From Candidatus Poribacteria bacterium (GTDB taxonomy: Bacteria; Poribacteria; WGA-4E; PCPOR2b): a DNA stretch of 64,000 nt. Every line of letters begins with the position of its first letter. Position 1 is the first letter of the stretch. Location of the stretch: the NCBI GenBank assembly GCA_965215015.1, contig OZ244042.1:736001-800000 (forward strand), read 5' to 3'. The position numbers were made by a program, and so were the translations under genes. This document shows positions 9,630 to 19,937 of the stretch, one piece after another. The notes under the pieces are model-generated. The model saw only the letters and a list, made by a program, of their open reading frames with translations. It had not been told where the DNA came from and did not search any database.

Positions 9630-11729
9630 CTACTTTTCCGCCCAACTGTCAGCGATACGTGCTTCCGCGACGATCGGCACTTGCCTTAGGACCGCCCCTC
9701 CCGCCGCTTCCATGGTCTGTTGAAGTATCTGGGCTGCCTCAGTGGCATTGGCTCTAGGTACTTCGATGATGACTTCATCGTGAATCATGGCGATGATTTT
9801 TGCCTCGCTTTTCTTCAAAGCCGCTGGGAGTTCTCCCAGCGCAATCTTCGCAATGTCAGCTGCTGTCCCTTGCACCTGTCTATTGATAAAGACCGTAAAC
9901 GAAGGAGGTATATCCTTCCAGATAAACCGCCGCCCGCATAGGGTCCTTTGCTTATTGGTATATTTCAACTCCCGCTCGGATTTCCGATGCCAAGCACGAA
10001 TCCCCGAATATACCTCAAAAAAGCGATTTCTAAAAGTCTTTGCTTCGGCCAAAGTCATTTCTACATCATAGCTACTCTTTGCCGAGTGCTTGAGGCCCCT
10101 TGGACCCATGCCAAAAATTAAACCGAAGTTAATCGCTTTTGCCGCTTGACGCTGTGCTGCAGTCACCTCATCAAGCGAAACCCCCTGAACCAATGAAGCG
10201 GTCAATTGGTGTAAATCTTCACCGTTCCGATAGGCTTGGGTCATCCGCGAATCTTCGCTGATTTCCGCGGCAATTCGTAATTCAATCTGTGAATAATCGG
10301 CGATCACCAGCTGATTGCCATTCTCAGCGACGAAACAACCTCGCACGCTGGCATCACGAGGCATCTGCTGGAAGTTTGGACTTGAGCAGGAAAATCGACC
10401 TGTCACGGCACCAAGTTGCCAATAATTTGCGTGGATTCTGCCTGTTTTGAGGGAAGTTGCCCGTGGTAACGGTTCAAAGAACACTGATACGAGTGTGGAT
10501 AGCTTCTTGTGTTCTAACAACAGCGGTATGCTTGGGTGGCGATCAATCAACGGTATTAACGCACGTCGGGCTGTGCTGTCAACATCAACGCCCATTTCGG
10601 CGAAAGCCGCTCTCACCTGATATGGGCTTGCCAAATTAATTTCGCCGAGATAATCGTATAGTGCCGCTCGTAGTTCGGCCCTTCGGGCTTCGACGCGATG
10701 GTAGTAGGCGTCTACTTTGGTGGAATGCAGCTTCATCCCTGTGTATTCCATCTCTGCGGTTGCACGGACACAATTAAATTCAATCTTGGCAATCTGAGTG
10801 AGATTCACATCCACCAACTCGGATTTTAGTCGAGTGCACAACCGTAATAACACCAACACATCACGTGCAGCATATAGCAACTGGGAATCAGTGAGGTCAC
10901 CACTCCAATCGCTGGCCTGCTCTGTCTTCGACAGGTACATATCGAGATAACGTTTGGCAATGTTGGCTAAACCGACACGCCCAGAGGAGCTGAGCAACTT
11001 CGCTGCTAGCATCGTATCGAAGATAGGTCCACTCACATCAATCCCTATCGCCCAGAGCATTTTGATATCAAAGTTGGCGTTGTGGAAGACCTTCACAGAA
11101 TCGTTCATCAACACTCGACAAAGTGCCTCTAGGTCCTGCAAGTTATCAAAAGCGTCTAAATCAACCATGACCGCCGGACAATTCTCAACTGCCAGTTGGA
11201 TTAGCCGGATTTTCGCCTGATGCGGATCGAGTCCCGCTCGTTTGAGCAGGCCCGTTGCGGTCTTAAGCTTCGCTTTTGCGGCTTTCAGTTGGTCTTTGAC
11301 AGCATTGCGTACCGCACGTATGGGTTGCTTTTCGGCGTTTGTTTTCGCGCGTTTAACAGCTTCTCTGACCCCCTCAAACTCAGCGGTTAGCTGCCTGAAA
11401 TGACTTTCGGCGCGTTCAACATCGGCTCGGACGTCGGCCGGCGCATAAGTTTCTGTGTCAATTGCAATCACATCAGCTGCGCTGAGCGACTCTATGACAG
11501 ATTCTAAAGCTTTCCGGCCGGTGACGATGGTATATTCAACATCTTCACCTTGCAGCAGCAGGTCTGCACGCTCATAGGCACCGGCGAGCCAATATTGTGT
11601 GGCTTTGAGGGCAACTTCAAAAGAGTGGCCCCGCGCGAGAGCAGTGTCTACAGCCTCAAGCCATCCATCAGAGCAGTCTGCTAGCACCTGTGTTAATTGG
11701 TCTCTGGCTTTATAGGAAAGACTTTTCAT
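9630..11729 (-). CDS. Family A DNA polymerase with 3'-5' exonuclease, no 5'-3' nuclease, helical insert in ExoI
   Basis: ExoI DTET, ExoII HNANFD, ExoIII YAARD; TGRFSCSSPNFQQMP; motif A DYSQIELR; motif B RQAAKAINFGLIFG; QGTAADIAK; motif C HDE. Confidence 0.93.
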   Translation of the reverse strand: MKSLSYKARDQLTQVLADCSDGWLEAVDTALARGHSFEVALKATQYWLAGAYERADLLLQGEDVEYTIVTGRKALESVIESLSAADVIAIDTETYAPADVRADVERAESHFRQLTAEFEGVREAVKRAKTNAEKQPIRAVRNAVKDQLKAAKAKLKTATGLLKRAGLDPHQAKIRLIQLAVENCPAVMVDLDAFDNLQDLEALCRVLMNDSVKVFHNANFDIKMLWAIGIDVSGPIFDTMLAAKLLSSSGRVGLANIAKRYLDMYLSKTEQASDWSGDLTDSQLLYAARDVLVLLRLCTRLKSELVDVNLTQIAKIEFNCVRATAEMEYTGMKLHSTKVDAYYHRVEARRAELRAALYDYLGEINLASPYQVRAAFAEMGVDVDSTARRALIPLIDRHPSIPLLLEHKKLSTLVSVFFEPLPRATSLKTGRIHANYWQLGAVTGRFSCSSPNFQQMPRDASVRGCFVAENGNQLVIADYSQIELRIAAEISEDSRMTQAYRNGEDLHQLTASLVQGVSLDEVTAAQRQAAKAINFGLIFGMGPRGLKHSAKSSYDVEMTLAEAKTFRNRFFEVYSGIRAWHRKSERELKYTNKQRTLCGRRFIWKDIPPSFTVFINRQVQGTAADIAKIALGELPAALKKSEAKIIAMIHDEVIIEVPRANATEAAQILQQTMEAAGGAVLRQVPIVAEARIADSWAEK

Positions 11730-11880
11730 CTCGAAGGGTTACAGTGTTTTTGGTGCCCCTTTGCCTTAACACATAAATACTATACGTAAATTAAGTATAA
11801 CATACACATAGTTGTATTTCAAGATGAAAAGGTTTCAAATACTCGCAAGATTAACGCACAATTTGATGTGGTAGGTATAT

Positions 11881-12636
11881 TTATCGCGCAACCCAACCGC
11901 CATCCACAGACATAGCGTGCCCGGTGACAAATGAAGCTGCATCTGATAACAACCACATTACAGCTTGGGCGACATCTGATGGATCCCCTATTCGTCCAAT
12001 TGGATGCCTTCCAAGCATCTGTGCCTTACTTTGAGGGTCGTTCATTCCCCGCTCGATCATTGGCGTGTTGATATGACCCGGACATACCGCATTGACTCGG
12101 ATACCCTCAGCAGCATATTCCATTGCAGTAGTCTTGGTCAACCCGATGACACCGTGCTTGCTCGCAACATACGCCGGTGCCCCACCGGCGGCGGCGAGTC
12201 CGTACGCAGACGACGTATTGACGATGGCACCACTGGATTGCTTAAGCATCTGGGCAATTTCATACTTCATGCACAGCCAGACGCCTGTGAGATTGACCTT
12301 GATGGTAAATTCCCAGTCTTCTTCTGTACAGTCCACTGTGCTGCCCCCTCTGCCGACACCAGCATTGTTGAAGGCACAGTCCAAGCGACCGTAGTTCTCA
12401 ACTGTCCTACTGACCATAGCTTCAACTGAGTCAACCTTCGACACATCTGTCTCCACAAAAATGCTCTCTCCGCCGGCACCTTGAATCAGGTGCACGGTCT
12501 GCTCACCGCCAGAAATATTGAGATCGGCAACGACGACCTTTGACCCTTCGCTTGCCAACATCAGAGCAGTTGCCCGACCAATTCCCGAACTGCCACCTGT
12601 CACCAGAGTAACTTTATCTTCTACCTGTCCTGCCAT
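11881..12636 (-). CDS. Classical SDR (glucose 1-dehydrogenase / 3-oxoacyl reductase-like)
   Basis: TGGSSGIG, NNAG, YVASKHG. Confidence 0.92.
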   Translation of the reverse strand: MAGQVEDKVTLVTGGSSGIGRATALMLASEGSKVVVADLNISGGEQTVHLIQGAGGESIFVETDVSKVDSVEAMVSRTVENYGRLDCAFNNAGVGRGGSTVDCTEEDWEFTIKVNLTGVWLCMKYEIAQMLKQSSGAIVNTSSAYGLAAAGGAPAYVASKHGVIGLTKTTAMEYAAEGIRVNAVCPGHINTPMIERGMNDPQSKAQMLGRHPIGRIGDPSDVAQAVMWLLSDAASFVTGHAMSVDGGWVAR

Positions 12637-12794
12637 TTCAGTATCTCCTCAATTGATATGAAAGTTCTCTCAATTCATCAATCGTACCATGTTTTTAGGA
12701 ATTGATCAATCACCTCTTAATGTTTTGAATCTTGATTCATACAGCATTTTGCGCTATACTCAAGCGCGAAAGGGCACGAAAGGAGGATATATCC

Positions 12795-13586
12795 ATGGAC
12801 TTGGGATTGAATCAAAAAGTTGCTATCGTCTGCGCGGCGAGCAAGGGTTTGGGAAGGGCGTGTGCAACGGTGCTGGCTCGCGAAGGCGCGTACGTAGTTG
12901 TCTGTGCACGCAACGAGCAAGCACTCAATGAGGCAGCGGCAACAATACGCGCGGAAAGCGGCTCACGGGTATTGCCTGTCGTTTGCGATCTCACAAGAGA
13001 GGAAGACATTGAGCAATTGGTGGAAAAAGGCGTGGAAGAATTTGGAACTGTTGATATTCTCGTTACCAACGTTGGACACCCGCAGATGGGCGTATTCTCG
13101 GACCTAGTGGATGCGGACTGGCAGCATGGTTATGAAGGCGTCTTGCTCCCGGTTATCCGGCTCTGCCGCTTGGTCATCCCTCATATGCAGCAGGTGAATT
13201 GGGGACGCATCGTGCACATCACTAGCATTGCTGTTAGAGAACCCGGTACGCCTTACCTCATCTCCAGCGTTTTTCGAGCGGGTGTGGCGGCGTTGAGCAA
13301 GTCGCTCGCCAACGAACTGGGGCCCGCAGGGATTCTGGTCAACACCGTTTGTCCTGGACCGTCTCGGACACCCCTTGGCGAAGAATTGATACGACGGGCA
13401 GCGGTGGCACAGAATAGAACCTACGCAGAAATCGAATCAGAAACGACTCAAGCTTCCGTTATCGGTCGGATGGGTGAGGCGGAGGAGTTGGCTGCGTTTG
13501 TCGCCTTTTTATGCAGCGACCACGCTGCGAACACCACAGGACAGGTAATGTCAGTGGATGGGGGCACGGTACGTGGGTTATTTTGA
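12795..13586 (+). CDS. SDR family oxidoreductase (atypical active site)
   Basis: AGGAGG RBS before ATG 12795; MDLGLNQKVAIVCAASKGLG; SSVFR in place of YxxxK. Confidence 0.88.
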   Translation: MDLGLNQKVAIVCAASKGLGRACATVLAREGAYVVVCARNEQALNEAAATIRAESGSRVLPVVCDLTREEDIEQLVEKGVEEFGTVDILVTNVGHPQMGVFSDLVDADWQHGYEGVLLPVIRLCRLVIPHMQQVNWGRIVHITSIAVREPGTPYLISSVFRAGVAALSKSLANELGPAGILVNTVCPGPSRTPLGEELIRRAAVAQNRTYAEIESETTQASVIGRMGEAEELAAFVAFLCSDHAANTTGQVMSVDGGTVRGLF

Positions 13587-13606
13587 GAGACCGATATTGA
13601 GTCAAA

Positions 13607-16600
13607 TTACTGTACGTTCAACAACTGATTAAACAACGTCCGTGTGGTTTCCGTGCACCAATGGTAGTCCTTCAAAAACCGTTGTGTTCCGTCTTCGTAG
13701 CCGAGTCGCTTGGCGAGCTGTTCCAAAGCGGGGGCTTTATCCGGCAGGGCTTCTAACGGTCGGTCATGAACGATTCGCAAGCTATTTTCCACATTCCTCA
13801 GAAATTCATACGTGAGGAGGAGCTGCTCCCGTTGATTTCGGGTTAAAACCCTTACTTCATGCAGCCGGTGAATCGCCTCAATGGTGTTCTGTACCCGCAC
13901 TTGCGGGTGTGCCGCACCATGGATTAACTGGAGTGTCTGAGTGACAAATTCGATATCGATGAGCCCCCCATATCCAGATTTCACGTCAATCCGCTGCTTT
14001 CTTCTCCGTCTCCGGCGGCGAGCGGTGGATGAAGTGAAGGCTGGGCGCGTCGCTTGCGCTTCTTTGCGCCGCCGATTATGGATAATATGTGCGGTCTGCT
14101 CAACGGTCAGAGGCTGACTGTAGGCAAAGGTGTGTGCCTGTTCAACAAACTTCTGCCCTAGCTCAACATCGCCAGCAACGGGTCGAGCGCGGATTAATAT
14201 CTGACGCTCCCATGTTTCAGCGTCTTTTTCGTAATAACTCCGATAGCCCGCTAGCGACAAGGCAATTGCTCCGCCTGAACCAAATGGACGGAGCCGCAGG
14301 TCAATGTCATAGATTCTGCCACTACCTATATTCCCCCTCATCCGATTGACCAGCTCTAATCCAAACTTGCTAAAGTAATCCGCGTTAGACATGCCTTGCG
14401 TCGTTTCGCCTTCGGCAGAATAGACCAACATCAGATCGAGATCTGCGCTGAAGTTGAGTTCCCGCCCGCCGAATTTCCCCATGCCAATCACAGCGAACCT
14501 CGCCAAAGGCAAATCTACGTCTATCTTTTTATTTGTAGAAGCAGTTTGCCTCTGACTCCCCCTCCTCTCCAGCGGTTTCCCGTATTCGATTTGCAATTCT
14601 GTATTGATGTGGGAATACATCGCCTGCAAGACCCCCTCGGCGAGATCGGAAAGTTCAGTCGTCGTTTCCCACAGATTTGTCTGTCCCAAAATGTTTCGCA
14701 TACCGATTCGTAGGACTTCGCTGTTTTTGTATCGCCTTAGCGGCTCGAACACCTGATTAGGTGTTCGAGCCGCGGTTTCCTGGAGTGCTTCCCCATAGAT
14801 CTCGGCCGCTGTCTTGGGCTGGTCCATCACCGCTGGGGCAGTCAATACATCAAAGGATTCCGGCTGCCCGGTTAGTAACTCAGCTAAGAAACGGCTAGTT
14901 CCACATAGCTTGGTCAATAACTCTAGGGTGGAGGGATGTTCATTGAACATCGCGTAGTGTGCACTACGCGCTCCTACCTTGCTTGCGAAGGTTTCAATAT
15001 AATGAAGTGCCATGTCAGGGTCCGGGGATTTACTCAATAGACGCAGCAGTGTTGACGCGAGATTGACAAACAGTCGACGGACATGCGGAGAAAATCGCAC
15101 CCCATCGGGTCCTTCCGCCATCAACCTCAATCGCCGATGGGCCTCACGTACATTAGCGAACTCAACAGGCCCCAGGAGGTCGCGTATTACGCTTGACTCG
15201 GTGGCTATGAGCACCGCTTCTATGTCTATCTCGCCCTCTGAAACTGGCGTTGCTAGGACCTTCCCAAAAATCAATCGAACGGCATCCGTATGGAGTGTGT
15301 AGTCCATCTCAAACGCTTCTAAAGCGGAACTAGCCTCACTATCTTGATACCCAATCCGCTTGGCAAGTTTCATCAGTTCAGGTTCCTTTGAAGGGAGGGA
15401 GTAGCGCTGCAAATCGGCTTGCATCTGGATACGGTGCTCAACCGTCCGCAGGAAACGGTAGGCATCGGCAAGGGTATCTCGATCTATCTGATCTAGCATC
15501 CCATGGCGATAGAGTAGGTCAATCGTTTGCAGCGAGTTGTAATTCCGCAACGCTGGGGTAGAACCCCCGTGAATCAGTTGGAGGCACTGGATAGTAAACT
15601 CGATATCACGAATACCGCCGATACCGAGCTTAACATGCGCCATCACGTCATCGCCCTGCTCCCGGAGTTGGCTTTCAATCTGCGCTTTCGTCCGGCGAAC
15701 GTCCCGTTTTATCTCCGTAATAGATTGTTCATCGAGGTAGCGGCGATAGACAAACGGCTGAACGGTGCGAATAAACTGCGCGCCTAACTTGAGGTCCCCG
15801 GCAACAGGACGGGCTTTGATCAATGCCTGGCGTTCCCAAATCTCGCCCCATCCCTCGTAGTAAGCCTCGTAGCTGTCAATGGATCGGGCAATTACCCCCA
15901 CCCGGCTCTCAGGACGCAGCCGGACATCAACCCGGAAGACATAGCCAGCCTTGGTGACTTTGCTCATCCCGTTGATGATGAACTCGCAGAGTTTGGCAAA
16001 GTACTCCCGGTTCTCGATGCCTTGATCTGTTACCCCATCGTGTGAGTAAACGAACATCACATCGATATCCGAACTGAAATTGAGCTCATATCCCCCAAAC
16101 TTGCCCATCGCTATTACAGTGAGTGTGCTCGGAACCTTTTCACCGGTCGGGAGTTCGCCCCAAGGTGCACCCATTTTTAGGGTCAGTTCAGCCGTACCAA
16201 TTTCATAGCAGACCTGTAGTGCTGCCTCCGCGAGGTTTGTCAATTCTTGCGTGGTCGTCTCAAGGTCGGCGTCGCCTAACAGATCCCGCAGACCGAGGCG
16301 TAGACTCTCCTTCCGCTTATAACCACGAATCGCGTTCAACTTTTGTTCTGCTAAATCAAACGGGCGTACCGCTTGGGACAGCTCACGATACATCGTTTCA
16401 CAGTCTTTTGGGTTATTCATCACCCCGGCATCAATGAGTTCGTAAAAATATTCAGGATTCCGCACCAAAATATCTGAGAAATAGGTGCTAGATCCAAAGC
16501 AGGTCGACAATATTCTCAGCAGGAAGGGGGCATCATGCAGCAAGCGATAAAGCCAAAGTCGATCAAAAGTCACGCTGACAAAACGCTCAAAATTGTTCAG

Positions 16601-16822
16601 TGCTGCATCCGGATCCGGTGAATCCGCTGCTGCGCTCAAGAGATGACTGACAATTTCGGCAAACGCCTCGCGATATGGGGGGGTGTCCGCTAAGTTGTGT
16701 AGTCGGCGATTTACGCCGCGAACGTCCTGAAATCCATACAGCCCGAGGATTTGATCAACCGTTTCGGTTGAGAAGTCGTCGGGCGAAAGAACCAGATTTT
16801 TTGGAGTGAGATTTGAAGTCAT
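13607..16822 (-). CDS. glnE: Bifunctional glutamine synthetase adenylyltransferase/deadenylase
   Basis: Two NTase domains (MGKFGGYELNFSSDID and MGKFGGRELNFSADLD), DxRLRP, WERQ, KLGIGGIRDIEF / KSGYGGLIDIEF. Confidence 0.95.
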   Translation of the reverse strand: MTSNLTPKNLVLSPDDFSTETVDQILGLYGFQDVRGVNRRLHNLADTPPYREAFAEIVSHLLSAAADSPDPDAALNNFERFVSVTFDRLWLYRLLHDAPFLLRILSTCFGSSTYFSDILVRNPEYFYELIDAGVMNNPKDCETMYRELSQAVRPFDLAEQKLNAIRGYKRKESLRLGLRDLLGDADLETTTQELTNLAEAALQVCYEIGTAELTLKMGAPWGELPTGEKVPSTLTVIAMGKFGGYELNFSSDIDVMFVYSHDGVTDQGIENREYFAKLCEFIINGMSKVTKAGYVFRVDVRLRPESRVGVIARSIDSYEAYYEGWGEIWERQALIKARPVAGDLKLGAQFIRTVQPFVYRRYLDEQSITEIKRDVRRTKAQIESQLREQGDDVMAHVKLGIGGIRDIEFTIQCLQLIHGGSTPALRNYNSLQTIDLLYRHGMLDQIDRDTLADAYRFLRTVEHRIQMQADLQRYSLPSKEPELMKLAKRIGYQDSEASSALEAFEMDYTLHTDAVRLIFGKVLATPVSEGEIDIEAVLIATESSVIRDLLGPVEFANVREAHRRLRLMAEGPDGVRFSPHVRRLFVNLASTLLRLLSKSPDPDMALHYIETFASKVGARSAHYAMFNEHPSTLELLTKLCGTSRFLAELLTGQPESFDVLTAPAVMDQPKTAAEIYGEALQETAARTPNQVFEPLRRYKNSEVLRIGMRNILGQTNLWETTTELSDLAEGVLQAMYSHINTELQIEYGKPLERRGSQRQTASTNKKIDVDLPLARFAVIGMGKFGGRELNFSADLDLMLVYSAEGETTQGMSNADYFSKFGLELVNRMRGNIGSGRIYDIDLRLRPFGSGGAIALSLAGYRSYYEKDAETWERQILIRARPVAGDVELGQKFVEQAHTFAYSQPLTVEQTAHIIHNRRRKEAQATRPAFTSSTARRRRRRRKQRIDVKSGYGGLIDIEFVTQTLQLIHGAAHPQVRVQNTIEAIHRLHEVRVLTRNQREQLLLTYEFLRNVENSLRIVHDRPLEALPDKAPALEQLAKRLGYEDGTQRFLKDYHWCTETTRTLFNQLLNVQ

Positions 16823-17134
16823 ATTGTTTCCTCCCCGATGCTACGATCGGTTCCGATTTCGTTGTTCCGAAAGAATTTACGAAATCGTGAATCCCGATCC
16901 TTGATTGGGAGATTCAAAGCAACTTGTTTGTCAGGAATTGAAACAGATTCTTCGATAGGCACGTTATCATCGTATGCACCCTAGAGGTCGAGTAATACAG
17001 AAAAATGTAAAAGGTCAAAATTCGATTTGCTCATTTACATAAATCATGTGTTCTGTGAGAACGACTCGCTTCGGGGTTCGCTAGGTAAATGGGTTTACAC
17101 GTGCTCACCCCAAACTGTGGAAAAGGAGTACACA

Positions 17135-17575
17135 ATGGAAATCGATGAAACATTTATGAAATCAACAGAAGCCCTGCAAATCATACCAATGTCAAGTCCA
17201 AGCGATTGTACACATCAGTCCTCGTTGGAGGACACCGAGCTCGTTCACTTGCAAGTGCTGGTCCGCGAAAAAGCTGCGCTGATTGAAAAATTGACGGAAG
17301 AGAATCAGTACCTCTACGCCCAAATTGAACGGCTAGAGGAACACATAAAATCGGAAATTAAGCGATCGGATGCTATGATTGGGCAGATGCAAGCAGCGTC
17401 TGAGGAATCGGACAAACACGCTCAAGCAATAATTATACACTTGAGTCAACAGGTTGCACAACAAGCAGAACAGATTGAGATTTTGCAGGAATTGCAGGGT
17501 TTTAGCGGCGCAGTCCGCCAAACTGTCAGGCAACTGAAATCACGTATGCTACGCGAACGACTCGCCGCAGGATAG
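17135..17575 (+). CDS. Hypothetical coiled-coil protein
   Basis: AAGGAG RBS before ATG 17135; heptad-rich Q/E/L sequence. Confidence 0.65.
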   Translation: MEIDETFMKSTEALQIIPMSSPSDCTHQSSLEDTELVHLQVLVREKAALIEKLTEENQYLYAQIERLEEHIKSEIKRSDAMIGQMQAASEESDKHAQAIIIHLSQQVAQQAEQIEILQELQGFSGAVRQTVRQLKSRMLRERLAAG

Positions 17576-17780
17576 AAATATGGATATGAGGTTGCCTCAT
17601 GTTAGGAAATCGTGCAACAGCACATCGTGAAACGTGAGGCGTGAGCAGATGAGTGAAAGCCAATGTTTTCATAGTAGGCGCGGACGGGAAAACCTCGTCC
17701 CTACAGTCTCGTTCGCGTTTTGTCCCTTCTTTTTCTGCGCGCCTCATAGATCAGGCCTCCTATCCCGTCCCCCCAATGAA

Positions 17781-18725
17781 CTAATTATTTTCACGTTCCA
17801 CAGCACGACAGACTGCCTCTGCCATAACTTCTGCTGCGATAATGCCAACGGTATTAACCGGTGTGTCGTGCGTTCCGATCGAAAGCGCGAAAATTGTGTC
17901 GCCATCAAACATGGTATGCACCGGGCGAATCGTCCGTGCCAAGCCATCGTGCGCTATCTGTGCGATTTTCGTGACTGCTGTTGGGGAGAGGGCAGCGTTT
18001 GTTCCGACGACACCGATGGTTGTATTTGTACTAGGCGTTTGAGATAGCTCCTTTTCTTCCTGTTCAGAGAATCTCTCCACAATATCCACAAACTCCCCTG
18101 TCTCAGGATGTTTTGCCCCTGTCATAATCTTTCCAGTCGTTGGATCGACGACGTTTCCGACTGCGTTAACGACGACAATCGCCCCAACTATCAGGCCCGA
18201 TTTCAAAGCGCGACACGCCGATCCGACGCCACCGTTTGATGGCTGAAATCCTGGCACCTTCCCAACCGTTGCGCCTGTACCGGCACCTACCTGCCCCATC
18301 TTGACCCGAGCACTAGTGGCGTTCAGGGAAGCACGATAACCCATCTCCCTGTCCGGACGCACCTTCGGGTCTCCGACACCTAGATCGAAGATAACAGCAC
18401 TCGGCACAATTGGCACACGCACTGGTCCCGCCGGGAATCCAACGCCACGTTCCTCAAGAAACTGCATCACCCCACCCGCTGCATCCAATCCAAACCCGCT
18501 GCCGCCTGTGAGTACAACCGCGTGGATTTCCTCTATCAATCCACCCGGGCGAATTGCATCGGTTTCCCTGGTGCCGGGTGCAGCTCCTCGAACATCAACT
18601 CCAGCGACGGCTCCGGACTCACAAAGAATTACTGTGCAGCCCGTACGTGCGTTTTCGTTCGTGGCATGACCAACTTTGACGCCGTTGATGGCAGTAATCG
18701 TATCACTTTTTAATGGAGTAGCCAT
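17781..18725 (-). CDS. Peptidase S58 / DmpA family (P1 peptidase)
   Basis: GVKVGH, TGCTV, RGAAPGTRETD, GGSGFGL, NTTIGVV, HTMFDGD. Confidence 0.92.
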   Translation of the reverse strand: MATPLKSDTITAINGVKVGHATNENARTGCTVILCESGAVAGVDVRGAAPGTRETDAIRPGGLIEEIHAVVLTGGSGFGLDAAGGVMQFLEERGVGFPAGPVRVPIVPSAVIFDLGVGDPKVRPDREMGYRASLNATSARVKMGQVGAGTGATVGKVPGFQPSNGGVGSACRALKSGLIVGAIVVVNAVGNVVDPTTGKIMTGAKHPETGEFVDIVERFSEQEEKELSQTPSTNTTIGVVGTNAALSPTAVTKIAQIAHDGLARTIRPVHTMFDGDTIFALSIGTHDTPVNTVGIIAAEVMAEAVCRAVERENN

Positions 18726-18753
18726 TTTAATCCGATACTATGTTGGATAGGTG

Positions 18754-19650
18754 CTAAATCAACTTATGCAGCTTCTCAAAATAAGCACGGATGCCAGCCA
18801 TCCCCCAATGCACATCCACCCCCAGCCTTTTTACTTTCTCAGAACTTATTGCGGCGGACTTTGGGAGTTTATGTTGAACAACTTCGGCTTTGCCGCCGGT
18901 TACCTCGCGTGCCAATTGTGCCAGTTCTTGGTTATACACAAACATATCACACAGGTTAAAGACCTGACCAAATGCCGCGGGGTTATCCACTGCCGCTGTC
19001 AGTGCCGTTGCAACATTATCGACAGCGACAACATCGCATCCGAATGTGCTTTCGTATTTTACATCCCCTTGGACTGTCTCAAAGATGTCCCGCCAGACGG
19101 TCTTCTCCAGATGGGGATGGACGCCATATATCCATGCACAACGGAAAGCGGTTGTATGCAGCTCGAATTGTGCATAGTACGTCCGACACGCTGATTCTAA
19201 GATGGTGTTGTGCACGACATAGGTATTTTGAGGAGAAATCAGCGGTGAATTCTCTGTAATCGGAATCTGGCACACATCCGCCGGTGTATAAACATCGGAA
19301 CGGAGGGAGTAGGTACTCGTCGTACAGATGAACTGACGGACTTTGGCAAGGCGAGAAAACTCAAGCAATGTCAGTGATCCAAAGATATTGGAACGAAGGT
19401 ATTCAAGTTGTCGGTGCTCTGTCGTGGAATCATAGGCGGTATGGATGACAACGTCCGCCCCCTCAACGAATGTGCATAGTGCATCGTCATCGGTCATATC
19501 GCCCCTGCATATCTCGACCCCCAATTTTTCCAGCCAAGAGGTTTCTCTTACTGGGCGCACAAACGCGCGGATACGGTGTCCTGCCTCGACAAGCGACCTA
19601 ACTGTATGCGATCCGACAAATCCTGTAGCTCCTGTCACTGCAACGTACAT
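18754..19650 (-). CDS. NAD-dependent epimerase/dehydratase family protein
   Basis: VAVTGATGFVG; start placed at ATG 19650. Confidence 0.85.
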   Translation of the reverse strand: MYVAVTGATGFVGSHTVRSLVEAGHRIRAFVRPVRETSWLEKLGVEICRGDMTDDDALCTFVEGADVVIHTAYDSTTEHRQLEYLRSNIFGSLTLLEFSRLAKVRQFICTTSTYSLRSDVYTPADVCQIPITENSPLISPQNTYVVHNTILESACRTYYAQFELHTTAFRCAWIYGVHPHLEKTVWRDIFETVQGDVKYESTFGCDVVAVDNVATALTAAVDNPAAFGQVFNLCDMFVYNQELAQLAREVTGGKAEVVQHKLPKSAAISSEKVKRLGVDVHWGMAGIRAYFEKLHKLI

Positions 19651-19856
19651 GTAATGCTCTCTTACTAAAAAAATATTATTGTCTCGACGGTTAATATATG
19701 TTAAATGTATCATATTTGGCGGGAAATGTCAACGCTCCAATTCGGAGGGTTAGGGTTATTTAGCTTTCGGCTTTCTCTCTGTCTAAGCGATATGTCGGGA
19801 TTCGGAGCTCCCTCCTACAGGAGAACTAAATGCCCCCAATTCTTGCGACTTACCGA

Positions 19857-19885
19857 TTGACAGGGGTTTGGCTAGACTGTATAAT
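19857..19885 (+). promoter_or_regulatory. Consensus sigma70 promoter
   Basis: TTGACA-17 bp-TATAAT about 50 bp upstream of the PhyH/enolase/aldolase/AKR gene run. Confidence 0.8.
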
Positions 19886-19937
19886 AATATGTGCGTTTTA
19901 GGCAACCTTTTAACCATCCCAATCAACGAGGCAATCT

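Noticed and set aside
9630-11729. Prophage, intein or mobile replicon around the polymerase
   Set aside because: No integrase, primase-helicase or structural genes; the insert lacks intein splice residues.
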